Origin: Auanema rhodensis
Taxonomy: Eukaryota > Animalia > Nematoda
Direction: 5' to 3'
Length of the DNA: 64,000 nt
Assembly: GCA_964057225.1 (NCBI GenBank)
Contig: OZ059898.1
Coordinates: 12,028,001-12,092,000 of the forward strand
A model generated the notes under the pieces. It did not search any database, was not told where the DNA came from, and saw only the letters and a program-made list of their open reading frames with translations. The position numbers and the translations under genes are program-made. Shown piece after piece: positions 12,334 to 25,041 of the stretch. Every line of letters starts with the position of its first letter. Positions within the stretch are counted from its first letter, which is position 1.

Positions 12334-14672
12334 TTTCAGTAATGCACTAAAATGTGGGTGGAGTTTATTCTAGGTTCGTTTATGAATACTAGGGGGTTGG
12401 ACAAAGGTGGAGATGGGCGGAGGGCAAGTAAATGTGAAACGAAAGAATGACTGAATAAAGAAACTACAGGAAAAAAACGAGAAAAATGAAAAATCTTGGC
12501 ATGTTGTTGACGTTTGTTTGAATGACCTAATGCCATACATACGTTGGAGTGGAAGAAGCTGACTATGATTCATGCAACATAGTAGTAAACTATGAAAACC
12601 GAACTCTTTTGTGAAAAATTCAATGATCTATCGAAACAACTGACATGACAAGTTATTGGAAATGTAAAGGAGCGGGATAAATAAAAGAACAAAATGTAAA
12701 GATGCCGGCCGTCAACGTCTACAATCAACCAGAAGCCGAGGTCAGAAGCACAACGCTCGACTGAACCATGCGGCTGACTGAGGAGATAACAGGGCGGACA
12801 TTGGATGATACACGACGACCCATGTATAAGGCTGTTGCACTAAGGTCCGCCTCTTTACAAATTTTAAGCCGAAAAAGGGATGTGAAAGTTTACACTCGTC
12901 CTCGTGAACCCCCTCCCCCTGGGGCAACTTCTTATTTTGTGTACCTGGCATCCCTATCTCTCTCACAACATTACATACTCTAACTGAGTTTTTTTTTGCG
13001 TTAAATCTGTGTGTGTGTGTCTCTCTCCACTCTCATTAAAATTTTAGCCTCTTGGATGTCTGCCCCGTTTTTTATATTGAAGTTCGAGTCTTCCTAACAA
13101 TATGCCTGCCACAAAATGTTTGTCCCAGCTCATCACGCATCACGCGTTTCGAACGTCTCTTTGTGTGAAAATGGAGAAGAATTGTTTATGCCGACGGCCT
13201 GAATGTCTATATGAAAATAATAAAGAAAGAAAGAAGTCTTCAAATGGTATCTTTCTCTAAATCTTAAACTATTTGGAAGAGGAATGATTTGAAAAATATT
13301 TTAATAGATCATGGATAGCCCCCGAGGCGTTAAAATGGTAGACGGCATAGATTAAAATTGAATAACGAGTTCGGCATGACGTGTTTTAAGAGAATATATG
13401 CAAATCCTATTCTTAAACGTACAGTCTACTTCAGGTGTTGTATTTTTAAAGCTAGTCTTCTAGCTTGAACTATTAAAACTTCAGACATTGAACTTTTGCG
13501 TGAGATTGAAAACGAGGTAAAGACTTCGTTTTAAATAATATTTTGAGTCAGATAGAAGATAATATTCATTTATTTTTTTATAAACAGTAAAATATTCTCT
13601 AAACTGAAAACCATTTTTCTTTTTTTTTCGAGATTTGAAATTATAGAATAGGAGGTAATGAAACCTTCTTCCTTCAGCAAATGGCTAACCGGTTTGTGTT
13701 TTCAACGTGGTCTGGATTCAGAATCACACATGGCTGTCATGTTCGAGAACAATAGTTGTAAAAAGCTTGTACGGTTCTTAGATGCTTTTGTAAGTGTCTA
13801 GGTCTGGCAGTCAACAGAAAGACGTTGGCGATAACGATGCAGACGACGTTGACGGTAACACAGTCGATGAGACGGTTATACAAAGCCGTAAATGAAAGAG
13901 ATTTTTACATAAAATTTGGAAGTAGAAATTGTTTTTTTCTTCAAAGAAACCAAATTGAACAGACCTTTTTATAATATCAAAAAAGCTAGATTCTCAAACA
14001 TAACTGATAGACAAAAATATATTTAAACTCTCCTTCTCTGCTTTCTAACTCCCAGTTTTTATCATTTGACATGTAATTTCCTTGTAAGCCAGTTAAAAAA
14101 CATAAAAAGCTTCAATGGCATGGTTTTACTATAAGACTATTCTATCACTAGTCAATGCTATTCGTGTAACAGATGAGACAAAAATCTGAAAAGAGACACA
14201 CATATACATACATACACAACACCCAGACACACAAATCAGTTGTACAAGCTGTGTATGAACAACAACAAGTTAGAGAGTTCAATGCCATGCAATAGATAAA
14301 ACTAAGGAAAAGCTTTATACGAAAGAAAAATATACAAAATGACAATAACACTAACTAGTGTTTAAAGAAAAAAAAAGAAGAAAATCGAACTACTTTTGTT
14401 TGGAAAAGAAGACAATATGAAGAAGAGGTGAAAAGTAAGAGTTATGAACTTGCAGAGATTGAGAAAAGCATAATTGAAAGAGAATAAATGACTAATATAC
14501 AAGCCTAACATGATTGAGACGATCAGAAAGGTATACTTTACAATATGTAAAAGATAAAAAGATTTTAAAAAAATGTAAAAATATAAAGTATGAAATAACT
14601 TACTATACAGAATTAACTATATACAAGCTGTTTTGATATAATATAAATGATGTATTTTGTATGCTAATTAGT

Positions 14673-16929
14673 TTATGCATTGATGTTCTTAATACGGATG
14701 TTTCCATAAATTTTGTGACATGCGACATATGCTTGTTGATTCTTGATCATCATATTGAATGGTAAACTCCAGTATACATCAGATGGGAGTGGCTCATCCT
14801 AAAAAAAAATTTATAATTATTTGAAATATTGATTATAATAATAGTAATGTGTGCTGTATTAACCGTGTCAACGTCTACGACTTATTCAAAATGAATATTA
14901 TTTTACGTGGCCACGTGTAAATGACTTGTCATATGCTAATTGTTCATTTATGTTAATTTATATGTTTTTCCTTTCTATTCAAGAAGAAAATTTGTTGTTT
15001 ATATGAATTGATTTTGAAAATTAAAATATAATCAATTGGTGGACATTCAGATGAACCTGCTCAGGTTTACATGATTAGGCTGGAACGTGATCCAAAGTAC
15101 ATAATCCAACCTTTTGACCTTTAATTGATAAATTTATGTACATTGTATCTTCGTACTGCCGTATGATTATGGTACAAATGTGCTCTATGAACGTAATTTG
15201 TATCATTATGATCGCAAATAACTGCCACTTTCAATTTTATGATTGAAAATTCAGGTTGACCTGAATGCGATGGCCATCATGGATAGATTCGTGCTAAGCA
15301 TCAACCCAGAGATGATAGATGTATAGCCTAATTTAACTGAAGAATAACGCTACGTGTCTGATATTTTGATTATATCATATAAATTTGTCTAATATATACG
15401 AAAATTCTATGAGATTCATAGATATTACCTTGAATAGTCCTTTACGATTAGCCTTGTATACACTCTCAATACGGTTCTGTGTCTGCATTTGCTGGCTAAC
15501 ATCCTTATCGAAGACATATACGGTAGCAAATATTCCCATAGCACGAATTGAGCTAGCATCCTAGAAAGCAATAATTGATTTTGATAACCTAACAGATAAA
15601 TTGTTTCCGCTTTCTCTTTCTTATTCAACTTAAACAGTTTTTACTTCAATGATCATCAATGGTTTCAGATTCATCGAAACAGAAAATATTGTTTTTGTAG
15701 TCAAAAATGATTTTTTGATTTGAAGTTAGTATTTCATAAACATTAACTTTTCCAAGTTTCAAACTGTAAATTAAGAATTTTATTTGTTTTTTTGTCTCTC
15801 TCTCTCTCTCTCATTGTAATTTCAAGGTTTCTATTGAATTCATATGCTTCTATGCCCCCAGGGCGAAAAAAGAAACGAAAAAACTGTTCTTTACGACAAA
15901 CAGACAGACAGAGACAGTCAGACCCATACACATATACATTCATACATACAAGGCGAGTCTGTGTTCTTTTGAGATGATGATTAGATTGGAAAAAAGACAA
16001 CAGAAATATGAAAACGAAAGACAGAAGACGACTTTCCCTTTTCTGTTAAACCGTTCTTTAGCCCTAACCAACTGTGTTATTATCAGTTTTCTGTTATTAG
16101 ATTTCTTCTTTCATCTATCATCATCATTTAGTTCAATAGCATACCTCACTGATCAGTTGCATGAAAGCTTCCTTTGTTAGTCCTTGGGATTTCAAAATGT
16201 CTTCCATTTTCGGTAAGCAGAACGCTAATTTCAAGTTTTCGTATGATCCTTTAGTTAATCCATCCTTAAAAAATCTTGAAATTAGATCGAAGAAGCTGAG
16301 TGTTAGGATGTCATACAGTGCACTTAATTGGCTTTCCGTCCAGAAGTAATTGGGCTTGAACTCCTAAGTTGTCACCGAATGTCTTACAAGCATTACAATA
16401 CAGGCTGCAACATCAGAAATTAATTGAAAACTTGCAAAATTTTCTTGATTTTGCTAATTTTGATGAGAAATTCACTAACCATGATCCAAATCCACCGCAT
16501 CCATCAGATCCCTGTTTGACACAAGCCTCAGGTACTTGATTCTTCTTTGCTGTATTTCTTAATTCTAAATAAATGGAAAAATCGCCAGGGAAATCCTAAA
16601 TTCAACATGTCAAGACAATCACAACATGAGGGACTCACCTCAAGAACTTCAACTTTTCCACCAATAGCAAAGCAATTAGATTTTCCATCAACAACTTCAA
16701 GTTTTGGTCCCTTCTTGTCATTTCCCGATTCAAATTCCAACTTCTTAGTCCATTTGCTCTCTTAACAAAGATAATTCAACTAGTTTATTTGAAATATAAA
16801 GTGTTTACTTGATCCATGACTACATGGTTGATGTTTAATTAATTCCAAATCAAAATTTAAGTTATCTTCAACAACATTAACTGCATGAGCATATGCAATT
16901 AGTGCAAATGCTACAACAGGTAAGATCAT
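14673..16929 (-). CDS. Secreted Cys-rich protein, paralogue B, 7 exons
   Basis: TTTTCAG 2 nt before the ATG; signal peptide MILPVVAFALIAYAHA. Motifs KHQPC, KWTKKLEFE, NCFAIGGKV, PEACVKQGSDGCGGFGSCLYCNAC, YENLKLAFCLP, ATVYVFDKDV, YWSLPFN, YVACHKIYGNI; TAA at 14673-14675. Confidence 0.9.
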
Positions 16930-17999
16930 AGCTGAAAAGAAATCTTCACCAATGAAGATATAGTAAAATAGAAAACAAAATTCATAATTCAGACATAATT
17001 AGTGATATATGGATATACTGATGATTATTTGGGTAAAAAATAATATAAGAAAGGAATGAAATCGGACAAATCATTGATCAGCCGGGCGGGGGGGGGGTTG
17101 GAGAGTAATTGTATAGTTATTATGAATTAAAGAGATGAATGGGTCAAGAATTTGTGATTATATGTGGAGTAAACTGGAAAAAATGAGTAAATCTTCATTT
17201 TTGAAACGGTATTGTTTCAAAATATCTTCACGTAATCCTGCTACTATATACGAAGTAACATGTTCAAGCTAGAAGTCAGAAACTATTTGAGATTTGGTGA
17301 AAATGAATTAAAATAATTTTTTTAGAGAAAAATCACTAAAAGAGAAGGAGAAATGAATGAATGAAGAATTCAGAAATGTGGCTTGTGCCTTAGAACTAAG
17401 TGAAGGCGTCGATGAGCTTTTGATGACTAACGAGGGTAAATCTGGTTATTATCTCTCTTACATATTCATACTATCTCAATGTGTTTAATTGTTCTTAAAA
17501 AAGCCGATAAAAGATATCATATCCACCCGGTTCATATAACTTGTTCTCAAGCTGCTTTTTTTGTTGCCTACAATATCTTTCCAGAAGAAATGATATGTTT
17601 ATATTATTAGCTGCTAGAAGTTCTTACCTGATATCTATAAAGATGACAAGAGGGAGAGATAGAAAGGGAGATAGATAGAGATAGAGAGAAAAGGAGAGAG
17701 AGAGAGAGATAGAGAGAGAGAGTGAGAGATTGAAAGTTATATTAATCGTAGTAATATAGTATGTGTATTGTACTATTACTAGTTAAGCCTGTATGTATTA
17801 TATAATCTTATATTATCTTCGATGTATAGTAGCAAACGTTTTCAAAATTCAATTTTATATAAAAAAATATTTTATAGTAATATATAACTAGTCAATATTT
17901 ATAATTTATTTAACTATAAGTATTATATCATGGAAATATGATTCGTCTTATTAATTCATACATTTAGGTTAAAGAATATACATACATATACAAATATAT

Positions 18000-19135
18000 T
18001 TAAACATGACCCTCTGTTAGAGAAACAGTTCCAAAGAGTTTGTGACAACCAATAAATTGACTTTGTTTCTTAATTATCTGATTGAATGGTAGATTCCAAT
18101 AAGTATTGGTATCTAATTCTGAATCTGCTGTCATATTTCTTAACTCCTTGATTCGACTTTCCAGCTTACGTTGAGCTCTGAAATCAATCCAAGTGACGTC
18201 TATTGTACTTTATGATTCATAGCTCAGAAACATTTTTCTTTTAAAACTTACGTTAAAAGGGGACGAACATCTTTATCAAATATATAAACAGTTACAAAGA
18301 GATTTAGCTTTGGTGGACTATTTCCTTCCTATGAATGCAAAATTTAAAAACATCATGAACTTGGCAGAGATGTATGTACCTGAGTTGTAGCTGCTAAGAT
18401 ATGGTCAATAGCCTGTTCAGATAATCCTTGCCAGGCTATAAGCTTGTTGACTTCTGGGACACAAAATTTCAGTTTAACATTGTCATAGACTCCTTTCTGA
18501 AAATAATTAATGAAAATAATTCATTGTGCATCATCTGAAGGTTTAACCTTGAGTGGCTCACATCCGATCATTTTTCCGTTGACAATCAGTTGAGCACCAA
18601 GAATTTTTCCGATTCCTTCAAGAGAGTGACATGGTCGACAGAAAAGACTTAAATTAGAGTTTGAAACAGAATTTATGAGGTTAAATGAGTTAGCTTTAAG
18701 TAAAACATACCATGATCCAACACCCCCACACCCGGTTTCCAAGTTTGGATCTCGACATGGCTCAGGAGGCTTAGAAGTATCTCCAGTAGTTGAAACAGAT
18801 AAATAAATGAGAAGTTCGTTAGTCAAGTCTTCAAATATCTTTACTTTTCCCTTAATAATTCTTATTAGAATTTGTTGTTAGAAAATGTCTAACCTTTATC
18901 TGATAACATCCTTGGCCAGTTGGTTCAAGAGTAGCACCTTTTCCATTGTGACTGCCTTCAAACTCAATTTTTTTTGACCAAATAGCATCTGATAAACAAA
19001 CGAATGTAATGAAGTAACAAATTGATAAAACAAACTTGTTCGATGAGGACAACTCTGATGGCGATGTAGATTTAGTTGAAGATATTGAGCTGATATCAAA
19101 GGTAATAAGTAGAGAAGTAAATGCCAGTATACCAT
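18000..19135 (-). CDS. Secreted Cys-rich protein, paralogue C, 7 exons
   Basis: Signal peptide MVYWHLLLYLLPLISA. Motifs RHQSC, IWSKKIEFE, GCYQIKGKV, PEPCRDPNLETGCGGVGSCLFCRPC, YDNVKLKFCVP, VTVYIFDKDV, YWNLPFN, FIGCHKLFGTV; TAA at 18000-18002. Confidence 0.9.
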
Positions 19136-20542
19136 GCTGATAGTGAGCTACTAGCTGGAAGCAAGGCAGATTTCGAAACTATAAAAGGATATTCTCTATG
19201 AATATATATCCAAATTCTTGGAATGATACATAAAGTACAAATAAAATCAGGTTTTGTAGTAAAAGTGTTGAATATACGAAGAGGTCATTTGCATGAAACA
19301 GGTAGTGAGGTGTCCGAAAACATGATAGGTTTTCTTAAACTGGATAAAAGAAAACGAGGATTTTACAGAGACTATATATGAGAAAGAGTGAACGAGAGAT
19401 AAGGTTAGCTAGCTTTCACTTGAGGTCCAGGTTAAACCGCTTTGAGTGGAAATGAGGACGACAGCGATCGGAGACAGTAAAGGTCGTTTCACGGACTGTC
19501 GATCATGCTGAACCATATTGGGTCGTCAGACCCACAGGAGTCCAGACGAAGTTTAATATGCCTCACAATAGATCAGATTGCATGACATGAGAAACGAGAT
19601 GACATAAAAAGGATATGAAACTGTAGATTTGAAGCGAAGAAGTGATGAGAGCACAGGTGTTCGGATGGGAGAGTTGAAAATAGAGAAAAGAAAAGAGGAG
19701 GGGTTTTTTGAAGTCGAAGGAAGAAGGTGAACAGAGTTGGATAGAAGAAGTATACGCATAAAGATTACTAAGACGAAATAGGTGTGTGAGTTGTTGAAAA
19801 CGAAAATGATGAAACTGGTTGAAGGAAATTCTTAAATAGAAAGAAGAATATACTAAGAGAAAGAGAGAAGATAGTCATTGACATAGAATAGCAAACGGAT
19901 TTACATGTGCTACATGAATGAAATATTTCGAAAATTTGAATATTTTCTATTGATAACTTGAAAAGAAGCTGAATTTTGTTTTTAAATTGAAAATCATTCT
20001 TTTCAACTTTTCAATATTTTTATGAATCTTTGTTTTAAAAACTATTTAAACATCATTTAAAATTGAAGACAAAGAAATCTGTAGTGGTATACGGTAGATG
20101 TATATAGATGTCAAGCTCTTAACTATATATCCGGAGACAAAAAAACTGAGAAGTATAGTGTCATTGACTCCTTTTTAACAAATGAATGTGACCGGTTACA
20201 AGTGTGTCGTTCTCGTTTCGTTTCAGCTCTAGACCAATAAAGTACCAAAAGCTGACTGTATATTATGACTTATAGATGAACATTGTGGATTTACTTTATA
20301 TTTTTTTCTTTTTTTCTTTTATTTTTATAAAACTTGAAAGCTATGAATTGGAATCGTCATACTCAATTTCTTATATCTGATGGATTAGACAAGCATTTAA
20401 ATGAAACATGGGGCTGAACTAATCCTCAGTTCAGACCATCATTATGCATTTTACTTTCATTATTGGTATGCTTAGCTGTAAATTTGCTGTTAGATATCTA
20501 CATGGAACAATCTGAATGCCAAAGTCTTTATTGGAATGGTAT

Positions 20543-21434
20543 CTATTCTCTGTCTGGGCATGGACAATAACCTCCATCGTCGCCGTGCTTTCCATTTGTT
20601 CCTGGAACGCCGTTTTGGCCGTTCTTTCCGCGGTGTCCTGGTTTTCCTTGCTTTCCTGGGTGTCCGACAGCTCCTCCTTCTCCATCAATTCCTGGTTCTC
20701 CATCTTTACCTGGAGCTCCAGCTGAACCACGTTCTCCGATTGGTCCCGGTCTTCCTGGTTCTCCATCTCTGTAGACAACTCCAACGCTGCCGGATTCTCC
20801 CTTTGGTCCTTCATGTCCAGCAGGTCCAGCTGGTCCTTCATCTCCAACCTCTCCTGGTTCTCCACGTGGTCCGACAGCTCCAGCTGGTCCACGTCTGCCA
20901 GGCTTTCCACTGCCACCTGATGGTCCTTGTTCTCCAGTTGGTCCTCTAAGTCCTGGTGGTCCACGTGGGCACTTGATGCATCCCTCTGGTTTCTCAAACT
21001 CAACAACAAGAATGATTCCGGGTAATCCGTTGATTCCATCAGTTCCATCAGGTCCATCTGGTCCTGGTTGTCCCTTATCTCCTCGTGGGCCTGGTGCTCC
21101 AGCGGGGCATCCTTGGGATTGTGGTGCACACTTACACTCTTCATCAGTATTTCTCTTGTGTCTTCCAATGAATTGACTGAAAGACTTTGATGTTCCAGTT
21201 CCGAGTGGATCAGCACGAATATCAAGGATGTAAGCCCATGAAGCTTCAGAAATAGTCTAAAGTACGAACCATAAAAACAAATTGTATGATGTTGCAAACC
21301 TTGAAATCATCCATTCCTAGGCTGATCTCATTCTCTAATCCATTAATGTCTCCAACAATCGAGCTGATTGAATACAAGGAGAACAGAACCGATACTGCGC
21401 CGAGGGCAGAAGAAACTCCAACCAAAGTTGTCAT
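20543..21434 (-). CDS. Nematode cuticle collagen, 2 exons (intron 21257-21299)
   Basis: N-terminal signal-anchor/Col_cuticle_N-like region, furin-type RHKR site, CKC...CPAG, interrupted Gly-X-Y tracts with CIKC, and C-terminal YCPCPDRE*. Confidence 0.97.
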
Positions 21435-21693
21435 CTAAAAGAATTTAATTTATAAGAGAACAAGATATAATAAACATGTGGACAGAAACAAGCGATGTTT
21501 AAGCTTAAGTTTATCAAAATCCGCCTTATATGGACCAAACAAACTGTAGAAAAACGAAAAAGTCCGTCTAAAAACGTTGTCCGATCAAGTTTCAAGCTGA
21601 TCATACAACCTGATTATGTAATTCTAGAGTTGAATAGCATGTTTAGTCGTTAAATAGTTTATTTCAAAATACTTTTCCGATTTTATACAAAAC

Positions 21694-22232
21694 TTATTGA
21701 CATAAGTTTATAACTTGATATTTATTAAAAGCTGATACTCTTCTTGTACGTCCCTCGGGATCCAGACGTGCTTCATTAATGAAAACCTGATACTCTTCAT
21801 AAAACTAAAATAAAACAAACTGTAATATTATAGTTTCATCATCAAAAAACAAAGATTAGATTACTTTGAGAAATGCAAGACAGAAATCAGGATTTGACCA
21901 CAAATCAGTGTAATCACCTTCTAAAGCTTTCTTCATCAGTATCAATGTGTCATGATAATCCAACCAGTTTTCTAGAAATATATAGTTAAGATTATTATAT
22001 GATATAGTGTAATTAAACTATATTTTTCATGTAACATTGGTGAAATGAATCTATTGAATATTGAAATCACAAGTATAAGTATGAGAGCTGTACTGAACAG
22101 AGTAATCCAATGTTCAAGAATCCATATAACAACTTTGAAATATCTTAATAATTTAAATAAAATATTTAGATGATTATATACTTACGGAGAAAGCTTAAAA
22201 CTGCTAACCTCTCTGTGCTGGTAATAATTCAT
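21694..22232 (-). CDS. Small single-pass membrane protein of unknown function (129 aa, 4 exons), absent from the ORF track
   Basis: Exons 22186-22232, 22019-22143, 21865-21971 and 21694-21804, with 42/47/60-nt GT-AG introns whose phases (2,1,0) all match. Translation: MNYYQHREVSSFKLSPYFKVVIWILEHWITLFSTALILILVISIFNRFISPMLHEKYKNWLDYHDTLILMKKALEGDYTDLWSNPDFCLAFLKFYEEYQVFINEARLDPEGRTRRVSAFNKYQVINLCQ*. Confidence 0.75.
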
Positions 22233-24905
22233 TGTATGTTACGTGAACAACGTCATACATCAATAGCTTAGCCTCATTAGCATGTCACGTACGTGACTCA
22301 TACAGTTCTCTTCTATTATTATTTTTTTGCTCAACAAAAATTATAAGCGGTCACATGTTTATTAATACAAATTATATTATTGAATTTCAATTTTCAGATA
22401 TAATCAATAGGAATTGAAGTAAGAAATAGTACAATACAATAGCAGATTATTACATACATACATACATGTATGTATACTATATATTAGGTTAGAAAGAATA
22501 TTCTTGCGCATATAACAATTTTCTTTTTTAAAATTTTTTTATTAAAAAAAACTTTCAAAATTTAATTAAAAATATGCATCGTTAGCTTAATTACACTGTT
22601 CCCAACCATTAAATAACGAATTATAAGGTTTTTCTTTTGAAAAATCAGGATATTCATATTATTGTAAGTACATATGAGAATTATATTTCTAAAAAAATAT
22701 ATATGTATATATGTATTCTAAATAGAAAATCTAAAAATAATCAAAATATAGTTAGAAAAATGAAATAATTATATATATATTTATGTGTTGAATTAAAAAT
22801 AAGAAGATTATTTATTATATTATTATTATTTCAAATATATAAATATATTTTAATTATAAATGAAAGATATATGTATGTATGTACATTCATTTCTCATACC
22901 CTATTACATATACTTTGTATAATAGTGAATAACTACTAATTAACTGTAAATTATACATTTTAGTTGTAATCTAATAGCAGAAAAACAGTTAATTAGCCAA
23001 ATTACTAACAAGTATAGTATATGTATGGACTAATACTTGTCTCTCCTCTCTTCTGTACTCCTCCATTCATTCGCATTCATTTTACTTTTCTGATAAATGA
23101 TATTGTATATCATTTCTGATAAATATTTATATAAGATGAGTCTTTTATTTTTTTAAAATCACACATTTTTATATACTATATATACTATATATATAAATTT
23201 CTTTTTTATTTTATTTCTAAATATTGTACCGTATGACCGAACGACTCCTGCACACAAAGTAAGAAATTAATAAAAAAAAACAAATGTTAAATAATTTAAA
23301 ATCCGGTTTTTCTTTTCTTAATGTTTTCCCTCTCTTTCTCTCTCTCTCTTTCCACTTTCCGCTTTTTTTGATCTTTTGTTTACCCTTTGTTCTCATAATC
23401 AACTGTTACTACTACTCCTATACTGCACTAATCGCTCATTTTGAAATACTTTTTATTCCTTATTCATGTCATTTACACATGTAATTTATAAAAATTATAA
23501 TTTATGGGCACTCGAAAACTTAGAAAAACGTTTTTCTTGTACAACATCTAGCTTTTAAACATTTTTTCGCAACGTATTTCGTGCTACTTTGCTTTACTAC
23601 TTCACTACTACAACCCAACTTGATAGCGATGTATGTATGTTATAATAATAACTGCCCGTTTCAACTGGAAAAAAAATAAAAAAAAAGGAGAAGAAGAAGT
23701 AGAAGGAGTGAAGTTGTTCACTTCCGAAACAGTCTGTTCATGGCCAACAGAGACATGGCCCACTCCAGAATATGGCTGCTACACACTCCAGAAATGTTTT
23801 GTTGTTATTGTTTTTCCGTTCATAGCCTAATATTGATTTTGATTTTTTAAATTTTTTTTGTTGAATATGATTCAATGATCAATTGATTTTTCTTCATTTA
23901 AAAAAAAATTCTGGAACTAGAACAGTTCGAACAAAGCTGTTCAATTCTTTAAGTAAACATTTACCTGTGGCGCTGCAGTTAGTTTATCGTGTTTGCGCCA
24001 ATTATTCAGTACTATCACAAGGTCGTTTTTTTTCTTTCACATATTACATAAAATTTTTCATTATTTTAATTATTTTATAGATCAAGCTTTAAAAGTTTGA
24101 AACCTATGCTTGTTGTCTATTTTATGAAGAAATAATTTTTTTTTATTCAAGCAATTCCGGTTTTTGCTTGTTCATTCACAATAGGTTGTCAGTGAGGAAC
24201 AGATGAAAATCAATGAAACTGAGTTCAGTAACAATCCATACTATTGAAGTAAAATTTACAAAAAAAAAATGTTTTTTTTTTCTTTTTCGATTCCTATACA
24301 GCTATGTATATACATATATATTTTTTTTCCGATTTCAAATGATTTTGCCTATCATTGTCTATGAAAACGTGTTATCATCTTCGTTGACAACTTGTTTTAA
24401 CTACATTTGTTTCGTCCATAAATCACAAAAGACAAAATTCTATAAAAATTTAAAAAGTAACTAGTCGTAAAGGCGATAAAACTGATTTTCTAGGAAAATA
24501 CATCAAATATTTTGATAATATTATATGTATTTTTAAATATTTGTATAAACACATCAATACATATTATGGTTCAATCAAGAATAATAAGAAAATGTTTGTG
24601 TTCAAGGTCTTTGAGAATGATACAATCATCATATGAACTTGAATATCGAATAGTTTATTATCTTTCATTTTTTGTTTTTTTTTCTTTTTTCAACCATCCA
24701 TTCATCTATCCATCTATCGGTATTTGGGATTTTTCTATTTTTGATCTAATTCTCTTTTCAATGTTCTTATACTAATTGTACTTAATAGTGTATGATCGAA
24801 TAAGGTTTCCAGAGTAAGTATTTTGTCCTTCAAACCATTGTGATCACGATGTTTACTTTCTTTCTTCAGTTTTGGATAAATAAATTGTACTTTTTCCTAT
24901 TCCTT

Positions 24906-24906
24906 T

Positions 24907-24950
<44 letters not shown>

Positions 24951-24990
24951 TCTTTCTGTCTCTCTCTCTTTCTCTCTCTATCGTTCTCTC
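24906..24990. repeat. Compound (TC)n microsatellite
   Basis: Interrupted TC/TTC tract seen directly. Confidence 0.9.
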
Positions 24991-25041
24991 TTAATTTTTA
25001 AGCCTAATTAAACGTTTTTCAAGAATACTTGTTTTCAGCAA

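Noticed and set aside
21075-21086. RGD tripeptide in the collagen (GPRGDKG)
   Set aside because: Arises readily by chance in Gly-X-Y repeats; no evidence of integrin binding for a cuticle collagen.
20431-21297. 288-aa ORF and the plus-strand ORFs over the collagen
   Set aside because: These are shadow frames of the Gly-X-Y collagen exon; the real frame has no ATG inside the exon.
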